Part shown: positions 12,968 to 24,160 of the stretch, piece by piece
Position numbering within the stretch: the first letter of the stretch is position 1
Layout: the number at the start of each line of letters is the position of its first letter
Assembly: GCA_964016885.1 (NCBI GenBank)
Contig: OZ024757.1
Span: forward strand, 744,001 to 808,000
From: Eledone cirrhosa
Taxonomy: Eukaryota
DNA: 64,000 nucleotides
Direction: 5' to 3'
Translations under genes and position numbers: made by a program
The notes under the pieces: model-generated
Database searches by the model: none
What the model was told of the DNA's origin: nothing
The model's input: the letters and a program-made list of their open reading frames with translations, nothing else

Positions 12968-14316
12968 TCAGCCGTCGGGGTCCTGACTCTTTTCCCATAT
13001 ATATATAATATGTGTGTGTGTGTGTATGTGTGAATTTACTACATCTAAGATATACGGCATGTTTAATAAATAAACATTTTGAAAGCCTCAGTTATAAATA
13101 GAAGACTGACAGCCAGCGCCATCTGGTGGAATTCAGCAAAGTCAAGGAGTATATTTGTCTCTGCATTTCAAACTAAAATGGTTCTCGTCATCACAGTGCT
13201 TACCTCTGCCTACACCTGGACTTTGAGACAGGTGAAAATATATAGTTTTTTCACCTGTGTAAATGACTAATTAGCCTCATTTACAATCAACATAGCTGAC
13301 ACTAAAGCAACAAACACAAGCTTCAGTATTGAACGTCTCTCTCTCCTACATGAAAGGTGGTACTACTAAAACCAGTAAACAACACCTGTTCAATCAACAT
13401 TAACCAACAACACACACCTGCTTTAATATCAACACCTGCTCTCTCCTCTATTGGCTGCAGCACATTTTGTCATACATACTTTATATCTCTTCTGTGTGTA
13501 TGTCATATCTACTTAATATTTAGCCCTCGAACAAAAACACCTCCATACAGTTTGAGAGTATTGTGTTTGTATTTTAACACACTCTAAGGTAGGTAACTCT
13601 AAGTCATGTTTGTAGTTGGTGGTGGTGGTGGCACTGTTGACATCTTACTGTTACCATGACTACCAATGTTATTTTCCCAAACTCAATGTTTCTAGATATA
13701 AGTTGGAAACCAGAGGCAACAAAGTGGGGTTCCAGCTAGATCCTGTCAACCAAAACTCCATGTGACTTAATTGACCTGGATGTGGCCTGGCCCCTATAAA
13801 GTGTAAGAATTTAAGGACTGAAACACTTGTGTGAGAGGTGTTTCTTCTCTGAATAACTTCTGCTATCCAGCTCTCTTGAGAGTTTCTTACCACTATCTTC
13901 TTCATATCTTTTCCCTGTGTATGTATATATGCCACATTTTCTTCTATAGCTCCATGTATATATATATGTGTGTGTGTGTGTTAGCCTCACATTAAATTTG
14001 GGGTCTTTATTGAATTTATAAAAACACTACTAAAAATAACACATGTGGAACCTGTGATATTTTTTTACATATTCATTTCTGTTAGCTTTTGGTTGTTGTT
14101 TCTGAAATATAACTGAAAGTGAGTTCACAATCAATGAGATTTGACTCCTACAGAACTGGTTCTGGCTTGGTTTTTATGGCCGAATGTCCTTCCTAACACC
14201 AACAATATTTAGTGTGAGCAGTTGGTGATCTTTGTCATGACACCTACACAACCACTTTACAATTTGGGTTGGGCGCTTTTTGTCATGACCACTTTACTGT
14301 GTTTATATATATATAT

Positions 14317-15485
14317 ATCATCATCATCATCATCATCACCGTTTTACGTCCGTTCTTCCACGCTAGCATGGGTTAGACGGGTTGTCCTGTTGTGGGCAGT
14401 GTCTGGTCGGCTGACCATGCCTTGCTCATACAGGAACTGATCTGGCTTGATTTCTACAGCTGGATGCCCTTCCTAACACCAACCTCATTTACAGTGAGTG
14501 CTGGGTGCTTTTTCGTGGCGCCTACACGTCCACTTTACAGTGTGGGCTGGGTGCTTTTTTGCCGTGGCACCTCCACGACCACCTTGCGGTGGGGGGGGGG
14601 GGGGGGCATATTGTTTATATGCTTCAGCATGTACCCATGGGAGGTCGGGTACCCTGTATTACTGCGTGACGCCAGAAGTCACGGTCGTGTGTCATTGACT
14701 TTGAGAGGTGTAGTTGGGTAAGGTCGGCTCTTATCACCTCATCCCAAGTCATCTTGGGTCTCCCCACTCCGCGGTTTCCATCAACTTCTAGTGCTCTGCA
14801 CCTTTTTATGCAGCTGTCATCCTTCATACGCATCACATGTCCATACCAGCGTAACCGCCTCTCCTGCACGCAGCATTTGATTCCTCTTATGCTCAGTCTC
14901 TCTCTCAATTCATTTATGCTTTGTCGTTCACGTATATTACTGTTACACATCCATCGGAGCATGCAGGCTTCGTTTCTCTCTAATCTACGTAAGTCTTCCA
15001 CCTTCAGCGCCCAGGTCTCACTACCATGCAACATCGCTGTTCGGATACACGCATCATACAGTCTGCCTTTCATTCTGAGGGAGAAGCCTTTTGCAGCTAG
15101 CAGTGGTAGTAGTTCCCTAAACTTCTTCCATCCCGTTCTTACCCTAGTTATTGTACTTTCTGAGCACCCACCTCCGTTGCTAATTCGGTCACCTAGGTAG
15201 CAGAAGCTGTCTACTGTTTCTACAGGGCCCTCCCAGAGATTGGTGGTACTTGTTTCCTGTGGCTGTTTGCTTGCTGTTTCAGCACAGCTGCTGCATGTGA
15301 ATCCTACATTCTTAATTAAGCTTCCTGAGATCCCGCTACATCTCTTGTGTACCCATTGTTTGCATTTGGGGCAAAGAATGGAGTTCCTACCTACACCTTT
15401 CCTACATACTGAGCAAGGCCATTTCCCTGAGGGGATCTGGGTTCTGTTTTCTCGTCTACTTATAAGGACCTTAGTCTTATCATGT
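14317..15485 (-). mobile_element. 5'-truncated RTE LINE, family A, near-identical to ~1790-2953
   Basis: Open frame KTKVLISRRENRTQIPSGKWPC...RLRWYGHV, same 3' UTR, (CAT)n tail next to a TA run. Confidence 0.93.
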
Positions 15486-15589
15486 ATATCAAAATATTTC
15501 TTCACTTATAAATATATAAAGTATATAGCAAGAGTGAGAGAAATTCAATCCTATTTCCCGAATGCAGACTCTGGTACACAAGAGATGTA

Positions 15590-16567
15590 CAAGTAAGTTA
15601 ACTAAAAATGTAGGTTTTATATGTGGTCATTGTATTGGAACAGTAAACAGCAATCACTCTCAGGGGACAAGCTCTATGAAATTCTTTGAGGGTTCTATAG
15701 AACAGTTGACAGATTCTGTTACCTGGGTGACCTAATCAACAGTGAAGGTAGGTGTTCTGAAAGTACAGTAACCAGAGTAAGAAGGGGATGGCAAAGTTCA
15801 GGGTGCTACTACAGCAAATAGCTACATTTAGTGGTCTAAAGTATGCATCCCCCCCTCCCCACACACACACACACCATAACCCTACCATTCCTTAACACCC
15901 CACCACCTTCCAGCTCAGTACCCCACACTGACCTACCTCTCCAATCCACACCCTACATACACACCCCAACACCATTTTCCACCTCTAATGCACCTCTCTT
16001 GACCAACCAATGTAGTCAAGTATAGAAAGCTTAACATGCTCTCCCACAATGCTGCTGAAATGGCTAAAAGCCCTCAGTCCACCCTCAGTAAGGTTGTCAT
16101 ACAGGTGTTATGACAAGACAGTAGCTAACCTTCCCTGCAAGGTAGATGTGCTGGTGACATGACAAATAAGTAATCAGTCCACCCTGTGAGGTGGCCATGT
16201 TGGGGACATGACAGAAGGTACCCAGCTCATTTTGTAAAGTGGTCATGTTAGTGGCAAGACAGATGGCACTTGAACTGCCCTGATGAGCACACAAGTTGGT
16301 GACATGACAAAGTGCACCTACTCTGCCTTCTAAGGTGGTGGTGGTTGTTGTGATGGTGACACAACAATAGTACCCAGTCCACCCTATAGAGTGGTCATGT
16401 TAGTGACATGAGACAACAATAACTGCACAGTCCACCTTGTAAATGTGGTTGGTGTTAGGAAGACCATCCAGCAATAGAAACCAAGGCAGAAATGGTTTGT
16501 GAGCAAGAAATAGTCGTCTGATCTGACTTGTTTCACAACAGGATGACTAGTCTGACCCATGCTATCG
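15590..16567 (+). mobile_element. Old RTE remnant with a 3' UTR containing degenerate ~50-bp repeats
   Basis: DRFCYLGD/SEST-like remnant at ~15705-15810. The motif 'ggttggtgttaggaagaccatccagc' at ~16447 matches the family A UTR. Confidence 0.65.
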
Positions 16568-16720
16568 TATATATATGTATATATATTTATATATACATAT
16601 TCATACATTCATATCTAAATATATGTATGACAGAGTGAGGTCTGTCATACATTCATGACAGTGTGAGGTCTTCAATGTATATATATATATATATGTATGT
16701 ATGTATATATGTATATATGT

Positions 16721-17327
16721 CAGGTCACCACTTGGTGCTACTGGTAACATGTATCCCAGTACAACCTGTCCCATGGTCGGGTCATTGGCGACTAAACTGG
16801 CAACCCCACCAAGGTTTCTTGGTGAGGAGGGTGACTTTGGACATCCTGCAGGACTAAAAACAAAACCTGTCAAAGGGCAAAGGAGCTCTTAAGAGTCAAT
16901 GGCCATCCAAAATCACCGGGAGAGATGACCCCTTAGCCTTTGTCAAGGCAGAATTCTAGGAGAAGGAAAACTCTGATATAACACCTGCAACCCTGATGGT
17001 TTCCAATGATGTTGACTTGTTCTTCTTTTTGGTAAATATCATCTTGGTTAAGAGAGTGGGACTGGCTTTGTGCAGTGCCTTTGCTCACTATAAAAGCTTC
17101 ACAGCACAGGCATTGCTTTATATCTGGAGATCTCTCTGCACTTGTCGTCACATGGTACCATGGGCCCAGCACTATGTGTCAATAATTGTCACAGGTGTGG
17201 TGTTTGTGCCAGAGTTTTCAAGTTGCTGGCTGGACTAAGGGGTCACACTCGTTCGGCGCATTGGTAGGGGTTCTCCTACATGGATATAAAGTAGTGGCCG
17301 TACTCGAAAACGAGTTGGCAGCCACCA
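16721..17327 (+). mobile_element. Unclassified GC-richer insert between TA-rich runs, possibly derived from an RTE 5' UTR
   Basis: Bounded by microsatellites. Contains 'ctaggagaaggaaaactctg', which I recall from RTE 5' UTRs (unverified). Confidence 0.35.
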
Positions 17328-17371
17328 TGTATGTATATATATATGTATGTTTATATATATATATATATATA

Positions 17372-18263
17372 TAGTAGAATAATCGAGTATCGGAAAATCG
17401 GCTCACGAGTTTACGATAAACAAATTCGACATGAGTGGCAGAGGGCTCAATAATTCAGATAAATCAGAGCTATAACTATCGTTAAAATACCAACACACAA
17501 AGATTATGTCTAAAATCACCCATGCGACCGAAAAATTACGACCAGGAAGATTCGGGTCACTCAGATAAAATATCAATAAATCAATAAATCATATGAATGT
17601 AAAAAGCTTACCCGGACCCACTATAAAGATGGTAAATCTAGCTTCTTGGGTTTCTGTAATTCCTTAACCCGCCCCCTATCAGCCCACATAAAAATATATA
17701 AGACTTCTAGAGAGCGGGCGGACCGGAACACTTTATCAACGGGTCTTGTCCAAATGAATAAAAAAGCTAACCCTAGCTGAGACGCATATGGTGTCCAGCA
17801 AGGGAGATAACCTCTATATCCGCGAAAGATATTCGGTAATGTGGGAAATCACATATCGAATAAGAGTGCTCAATAGACATGTTAAAATAAACAGGAGCTA
17901 TTCATCATTTAATAGAATCGACAAAAAATGAACAATAAAATTAACTGGTCAATAGCTAAGTCTAGAGCTAAATATAGTAGAATAATCGAGTATCTGAAAA
18001 TCGGCTCACGAGTTTACAATAAACAAATTCGACATGAGTGGCAGAGGGCTCAATAATTCAGATAAATCAGAGCTATAACTATCGTTAAAATACCAACACA
18101 CAAAGATTATGTCTAAAATCACCGATGTGGCCAAAAAATTACGACCAGGAAGATTCGGGTCACTCAGATAAAATATCAATAAATCAATAAATCATATGAA
18201 TGTAAAAAGCTTACCCGGACCCACTAGAAAGATGGCAAATCTAGCTTCTTGGGTTTCTGTAAT
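17372..18263. repeat. 289-bp direct repeats (17372-17660 and 17975-18263) around a 314-bp spacer, bounded by TA runs
   Basis: Both copies start tagtagaataatcgagtatc and end gggtttctgtaat; offset 603 bp. Confidence 0.9.
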
Positions 18264-18366
18264 ATATATATATATAAGCAAAGGGATATTTAATTTCTTG
18301 GTAATTCAACAAATATATTTATAACAGATTCAGAGCACTCAACAAGTTTTCTGGAGTATAATATCA

Positions 18367-18550
18367 ATCATCATCATTTTCATCATCATCATCATCATTT
18401 TGCGTCCGCTTTTCCCTGCTTGCAAGGGTGGGACGGGAACTGATTCTGGCTTGATTTCTACAGCTGGATGCCCTTCCTAACACCAACCTCATTTACAGTG
18501 AGTGCTGGGTGCTTTTTTGCCGTGGCACCTCCACGGCCACTTTGCAATGG
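18367..18550 (-). mobile_element. Short RTE 3'-end fragment
   Basis: (CAT)n tail and terminal ~45 bp like 3151-3200; the rest resembles the family A UTR at 14434-14590. Confidence 0.8.
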
Positions 18551-18579
18551 AATGATATGAACCCCTGTCCCTATCATCT

Positions 18580-18717
18580 CATTTCTACAGCTGAGTAAAC
18601 TGGAGCAATGTGAAATAAAGTGTCTTGCTCAAGGATACAACACATCACACGGTCTGAGAATTGAACTCACAACCTTTCGATTGCAAGACCAATGCTCTAA
18701 CCACTAAGCCATGTGCC
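18580..18717 (-). mobile_element. tRNA-derived SINE, second family
   Basis: Minus strand reads GGCACATGGCTTAGTGGTTAGAGC (A box), GAGTTCAATTC (B box), then gtgttgtatccttgagcaagacactt. A related fragment is at ~19989-20024. Confidence 0.8.
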
Positions 18718-18974
18718 AATGATATTAATAAATGGAAACTATTTATAAAACCATATTTATTCTATTATATATATTTCAAGGGTACCAAAACTTTGGTACG
18801 CCCTCATCAGATAAAATACAAAGTTTGTTTTATAAATAGTGACATATCCACGAATGAAACTTCAACGGTTCAAGTTCCGTCTGGAACTTGAACCGTTAAG
18901 GTCTGATTCTTGAAATATATATAATAGAATAAATATGGCTATATAAATATAGCTTCCATCTATTAATATCATTG
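18717..18974. mobile_element. Palindromic element with ~64-bp inverted arms, probably a Penelope-like remnant
   Basis: 18717-18780 is the reverse complement of 18909-18974, with about 30 inner bp perfect. It contains a hammerhead motif and a 15-bp hairpin. Confidence 0.6.
18758..18818 (-). ncRNA. Minimal type I hammerhead ribozyme motif
   Basis: Minus strand: UAUUUUAU-CUGAUGA-GGGCGUACCAAA GU UUUGGUACCCUU-GAAA-UAUAUA-UA^AUAGAAUA. Both core boxes are intact, stems I and II pair, and stem III is palindromic. Confidence 0.75.
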
Positions 18975-19519
18975 ATATATATATATGAAGAATCTCACTT
19001 TATTAACAAATACGGACCCCGTCTAAACACTTCTTCCTAAGACGAACACACAACATACACACGTTGACATACATATCTACATCAGCATACATCCTACATA
19101 CATTTCTATCCACATATAAACACAATGACATACGTAAACACACATGTTCTATGGTGCAACACAAATATACACAAATGTGCATACCTTTTGATGTTTATAG
19201 ATATACACGTTCTGACACGCACACATACGCATACACACACATGTATTGCACAATGATGGGTGCATACATATTTGTACACAAGTATCCCATACGGCAGGGC
19301 CTAATCGATTCCCCTTGCAGTACATACAATCTGGACTCACACACACGCCTTGTTGTTATGACAATACTATACATCATTTCACCTCTTTTATTATTGATGT
19401 TATTGATGTTCTTTAGTGCTACACACACACACACATATATTTGTCTTAATAGACACCTGAACTGTTGACCTCTCAAAATGACTGCAACTCAATCAAGCGG
19501 AAAAGATCACTCTTCGACA

Positions 19520-19700
19520 AACCTACATTTAACGCGAAACCAGCTCGCGCTAAAATCAATTTAAATATTCACGTGACCTCTACCGACCAATTAATATTGT
19601 TTTGACTACAAGAATTTTTGCAACACGAATTGGCGCGAATTTTATAGTGCTTATTCACGTGACATTCAACAACCAACCAAATTTTAATGCCTGCCAAGCC
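19520..19700. promoter_or_regulatory. Putative promoter motif cluster
   Basis: TCACGTGAC at 19569 and 19655, CCAAT at 19587, E2F-like TTGGCGCGAA at 19630, and local CpG enrichment. Confidence 0.45.
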
Positions 19701-20061
19701 ACTTTTTTTCACATAAAACAGGAAGAATTTCCAAAACTGATCAGATCAGAGCAAAAATCATGACCACTTTATCTCAAAATTAATTTTAAAAAGCATAAGA
19801 AATGCGCAACCGGTAAAAACTTAAAACTAAATACTAATTAATACTTATTCCGAATTAAACTATTTTTCACTGGGAAAAATTTGTCAGCATTTTCTTGTCC
19901 TTTTTACTAATATATCACAACTCGTGTGTCACACCTCTAATTTATATATATATCAAAGACCCCCCCCCCTTTGGCCGATACAGCTTGGCAATAAAGTGTC
20001 TTGCTCAAGGACACAACACATCACCTTTCGATCTAACCCCTAACGCATGTTTCTCAACATG

Positions 20062-20101
<40 letters not shown>

Positions 20102-21080
20102 CACACCCGTGCATCTTCTGACGGTCTCCCACCGTATTCCGAAGTCTAAACAAAAAACAAAGCTGTAAAAGATAATTTAGCTGCTATTTCTAGCAGTGTG
20201 AGATACTACGTAGAGGTTTCTTCATCGATGTTTAACTGAGTGATACTTTTCGATTTATCATCAATTAGATACGATTGGAAATGTGTTTAAATTATAAAAG
20301 GGACTTTTAACGTACGACACCGGTAAGAAAGTTGAAACTTTCTCAACTCCACCTCGTACCTGCTGTCTTCATTACAACTTTAATTAGTCTAATTATATCT
20401 TGTGTAACAATTATATATTTCTATACACACACATAATTTCCTTTCCCTGACATCAGTCTTACACTGTCATATCTATTCTTACTTTACAATTGTGTCTACT
20501 AAGAGTTCCTTTATAATCTGTAGTAGAAAAGCGACTATTTCACCAGAATATCTGCTATCAGTCATTTGTGGACAATATATATATTTAAACCACATATCAA
20601 CCTAATATATACATATTTCCTATCAAATCTCTGGCTAAAGACATAAAGTCGGCCTCACTACTTTATTCTGACAAGATATCAATTCATGACTAAATATGAA
20701 GAAGTTACACCAACGTTGATGTCCTGAAATAAAGCTGATAACATCTTTGAAATTTCTAATTTAACAACAAAGAGATTATTTCTTTTGTTGTTTAGGAAAA
20801 AAACTAACAATACAACACATTGATTATATATGAAGGAGGTAAGCTGACAAAGATTCATTTGAAGTCTATATTAATGTATGAAAAAATAGAATTATGTGAA
20901 CCTTTCAACGATACAGTAATTATATAAAAGTGAAATTATATAACAACATTGAGAGAAGATATTTCAACCTCGTCACTTTATATATAGAGAAAAATACTTC
21001 CAAACTGAAATGGGTTATTTTTCAATAGACAGATTCCACTGTAACATGTAATATAAAATATATTGTTATCATGACCGTCT

Positions 21081-22470
21081 TTATTATTTCAATTACCTCC
21101 GTCTATTTATTATGTTATTTACTACCTTATATTATAAAATATATTTTATATTTAGCTGTACCTCGTTGTTAGAAGTAAATTAAAGATATCTTTATTATTT
21201 CAATTACCTCCGTCTATTTATATTATGTTATTTACTACCTTATTTACGAGGTCGATAAAATAAAGTAGCAGTAATGCACTGAGTAATTGCTGGCCTTGTG
21301 CTAAAAGTAGAAACAGTTATTTACTACCTTATATTATAAAATATATATTATATTTAGCTGTACCTCGCTGTTTGAAGTAAATTAAAGATATCTTTATTAT
21401 TTTAATTATGTTATTTACTACCTTATATTATAAAATATATTTTATATTTAGCTGTACCTCGTTGTTAGAAGTAAATTAAAGATATCTTTATTATTTCAAT
21501 TACCTCCGTCTATTTATTATGTTATTTACTACCTTATATTATAAAATATATTTTATATTTAGCTGTACCTCGTTGTTTGACGTAAATTAAAGATATCTTT
21601 ATTATTTTAATTATGTTATTTACTACCTTGTGGATTGGCAGTATCGGTAGAGGGTCGGACGCCATGCTTTCCAGCATAGTTACGTCCCTTTATGATCTGA
21701 GTTCAAATCCCGCCGAAGTTGACTTTGCCTTTCATCCTTACGGTCGATAAAATAAAGTACCAGTAATGCACTGGATAATTTGCTGGCCTTGTGCCAAATG
21801 TAGAAACAATTATAAAATATATATTATATTTAGCTGTACCTCGTTGTTTGACGTAAATTAAAGATATCTTTATTATTTTAATTATGTTATTTACTACCTT
21901 GTGGATTGGCAGTATCGGTAGAGGGTCGGACGCCATGCTTTCCAGCATAGTTACGTCCCTTTATGATCTGAGTTCAAATCCATATATAAAATATATATTA
22001 TATTTAGCTGTACCTCGTTGTTAGAAGTAAATTAAAGATATCTTTATTATTTCAATAACCTCTGTCTATTTATATTATGTTATTTACTACCTTATTTACG
22101 AGGTCGATAAAATAAAGTAGCAGTAATGCACTGTGTAATTGCTGGCCTTGTGCCAAAAGTAGAAACACTTATTTACTACCTTATATTATAAAATATATTT
22201 TATATTTAACTGTACCTCGTTGTTTGAAGTAATTTAAAGATATCTTTATTATTTCAATTACCTCTGTCTATTTAATTATGTTATTTACTACCTTATATTA
22301 TAAAATATATTTTATATTTAACTGTACCTCGCTGTTTGACGTAAATTAAAGTTATCTTTATTATTTCAATTACCTCTGTCTATTTAATTATGTTATTTAC
22401 TACCTTATATTATAAAATATATTTTATATTTAACTGTACCTCGCTGTTTGACGTAAATTAAAGTTATCGT
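21081..22470. repeat. ~110-bp AT-rich tandem repeat interleaved with SINE fragments
   Basis: Recurrent 'tattatgttatttactaccttatattataaaatatattttatatttagctgtacctcgttgtt'. SINE pieces lie at ~21247, 21629, 21900 and 22097. Confidence 0.9.
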
Positions 22471-23085
22471 GGTTCTAGTCTAAATCTCTTTCAAATTAAT
22501 TCTCTTCATCTACTTATGGTTGAAACTTATTTAAACGTGGGTTTCGTTTCATTGACTTAAGTACCAGTAATATACTGTGATAATTGCTGGCCTTGTGCCA
22601 AAAGTAGAAACAATTATGACTATGTCGGGATTAGCCAGCCAAGTAGGGATTGTGTATCTATATCAGGGGGCTACTTTGATGGTGAAGGGACATTTGTTGG
22701 TGGCTGTACATAATAGGGTTCTAATAGAGTTAGCTGAAACACCGTCTGATACATGTCTTGTGGACACGATCATATATATCTAAGTCCTGGGGTACTCTAT
22801 GTAATATATGTGTAGTACCTAGTAGTGTTACTTTCTGTTGTATATATATATATGTGTGTGTGTATGTAAGTTGTGAGGTTTCTGTTATGTGTCTTTCTGT
22901 TTTGTTTTTATTCCCAGAGCAACTATTATTACAGGTATTGTTTCTGTTTTCACCATCCACGTTTGAATTATTTCTACCTCAAGATCTTTATATTTAGATA
23001 ATTTCTCCATTTCCTTAAGAGAGATATTATCGTCTAAGAAGATTGTTACATTAATTAGAAGACATAATTATTTGTCTTTTTATCA

Positions 23086-23815
23086 CATATCATTCCTTGT
23101 TATATCACTACCAGTAGTCAATAACCTGTCATATCATTCCTTGTTATATCACTACCAGTAGTCAATAGCCTGTCATATCATTCCTTGTTATATCACTACC
23201 AGTAGTCAATAGCCTGTCATATGATTCCTTGTTATATCACTACCAGTAGTCAATAACCTGTCATATCATTCCTTGTTATTTCACTACCAGTAGTCAATAA
23301 CCTGTCATATCATTCCTTGTTATATCACTACCAGTAGTCAATAACCTGTCATATCATTCCTTGTTATAGCACTACCAGTAGTCAATAACCTCTCATATCA
23401 TTCCTTGTTATATCACTACCAGTAGTCAATAGCCTGTCATATCATTCCTTGTTATATCACTACCAGTAGTCAATAACCTGTCATATCATTCCTTGTTATA
23501 GCACTACCAGTAGTCAATAACCTCTCATATCATTCCTTGTTATATCACTACCAGTAGTCAATAGCCTGTCATATCATTCCTTGTTATATCACTACCAGTA
23601 GTCAATAGCCTGTCATATCATTCCTTGTTATATCACTACCAATAGTCAATAGCCTGTCATATCATTCCTTGTTATATCACTACCAGTAGTCAATAGCCTG
23701 TCATATCATTCCTTGTTATATCACTACCAATAGTCAATAGCCTGTCATATCATTCCTTGTTATATCACTACCAGTAGTCAATAACCTGTCATATCATTCC
23801 TTGTTATTTCACTAC
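23086..23815. repeat. 44-bp minisatellite, ~16.5 units (CATATCATTCCTTGTTATATCACTACCAGTAGTCAATARCCTGT)
   Basis: Highly homogeneous tandem units. Confidence 0.95.
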
Positions 23816-24160
23816 TACTACTATTCATGATACATATGCCAGCTGACATTACTACAGGATAGTTATACATGCCCACTGACATATCCCAATCGTTACATAA
23901 CTGTAACTATGATTGTGTAAGAATCTGATAATGTCACATGAATAACCATGTCACAGAAATATATATCATGCAATAAACAATTATGGTGAATTAATCCCAT
24001 CTTAACTACTCTTATTTGATAAATCATTACTCCGTCTCTCCTAATTACCAACACCTACCTGGGATAAACTACTGATGTGAAGTGCTTTTGGATCACTAGG
24101 ACCAGCTTATTCTCAAGAGGTTACGGTATATCAACTGCTTATAAGAAACCTATCATCTCA

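Noticed and set aside
16721-16900. HDV-like ribozyme at an RTE 5' end
   Set aside because: I could not assemble the nested double pseudoknot by eye; it needs a descriptor search.
18640-18717. tRNA gene
   Set aside because: A and B boxes are present but there is no clean cloverleaf, and it continues into a SINE body.
19020-19476. 134-aa ORF and overlapping ORFs
   Set aside because: Degenerate (CA)/(TA) low-complexity sequence.
23086-23815. CRISPR array, or a relative of the 40-bp satellite
   Set aside because: No unique spacers and a eukaryotic context; it shares only 5-6-bp words with the 40-mer.
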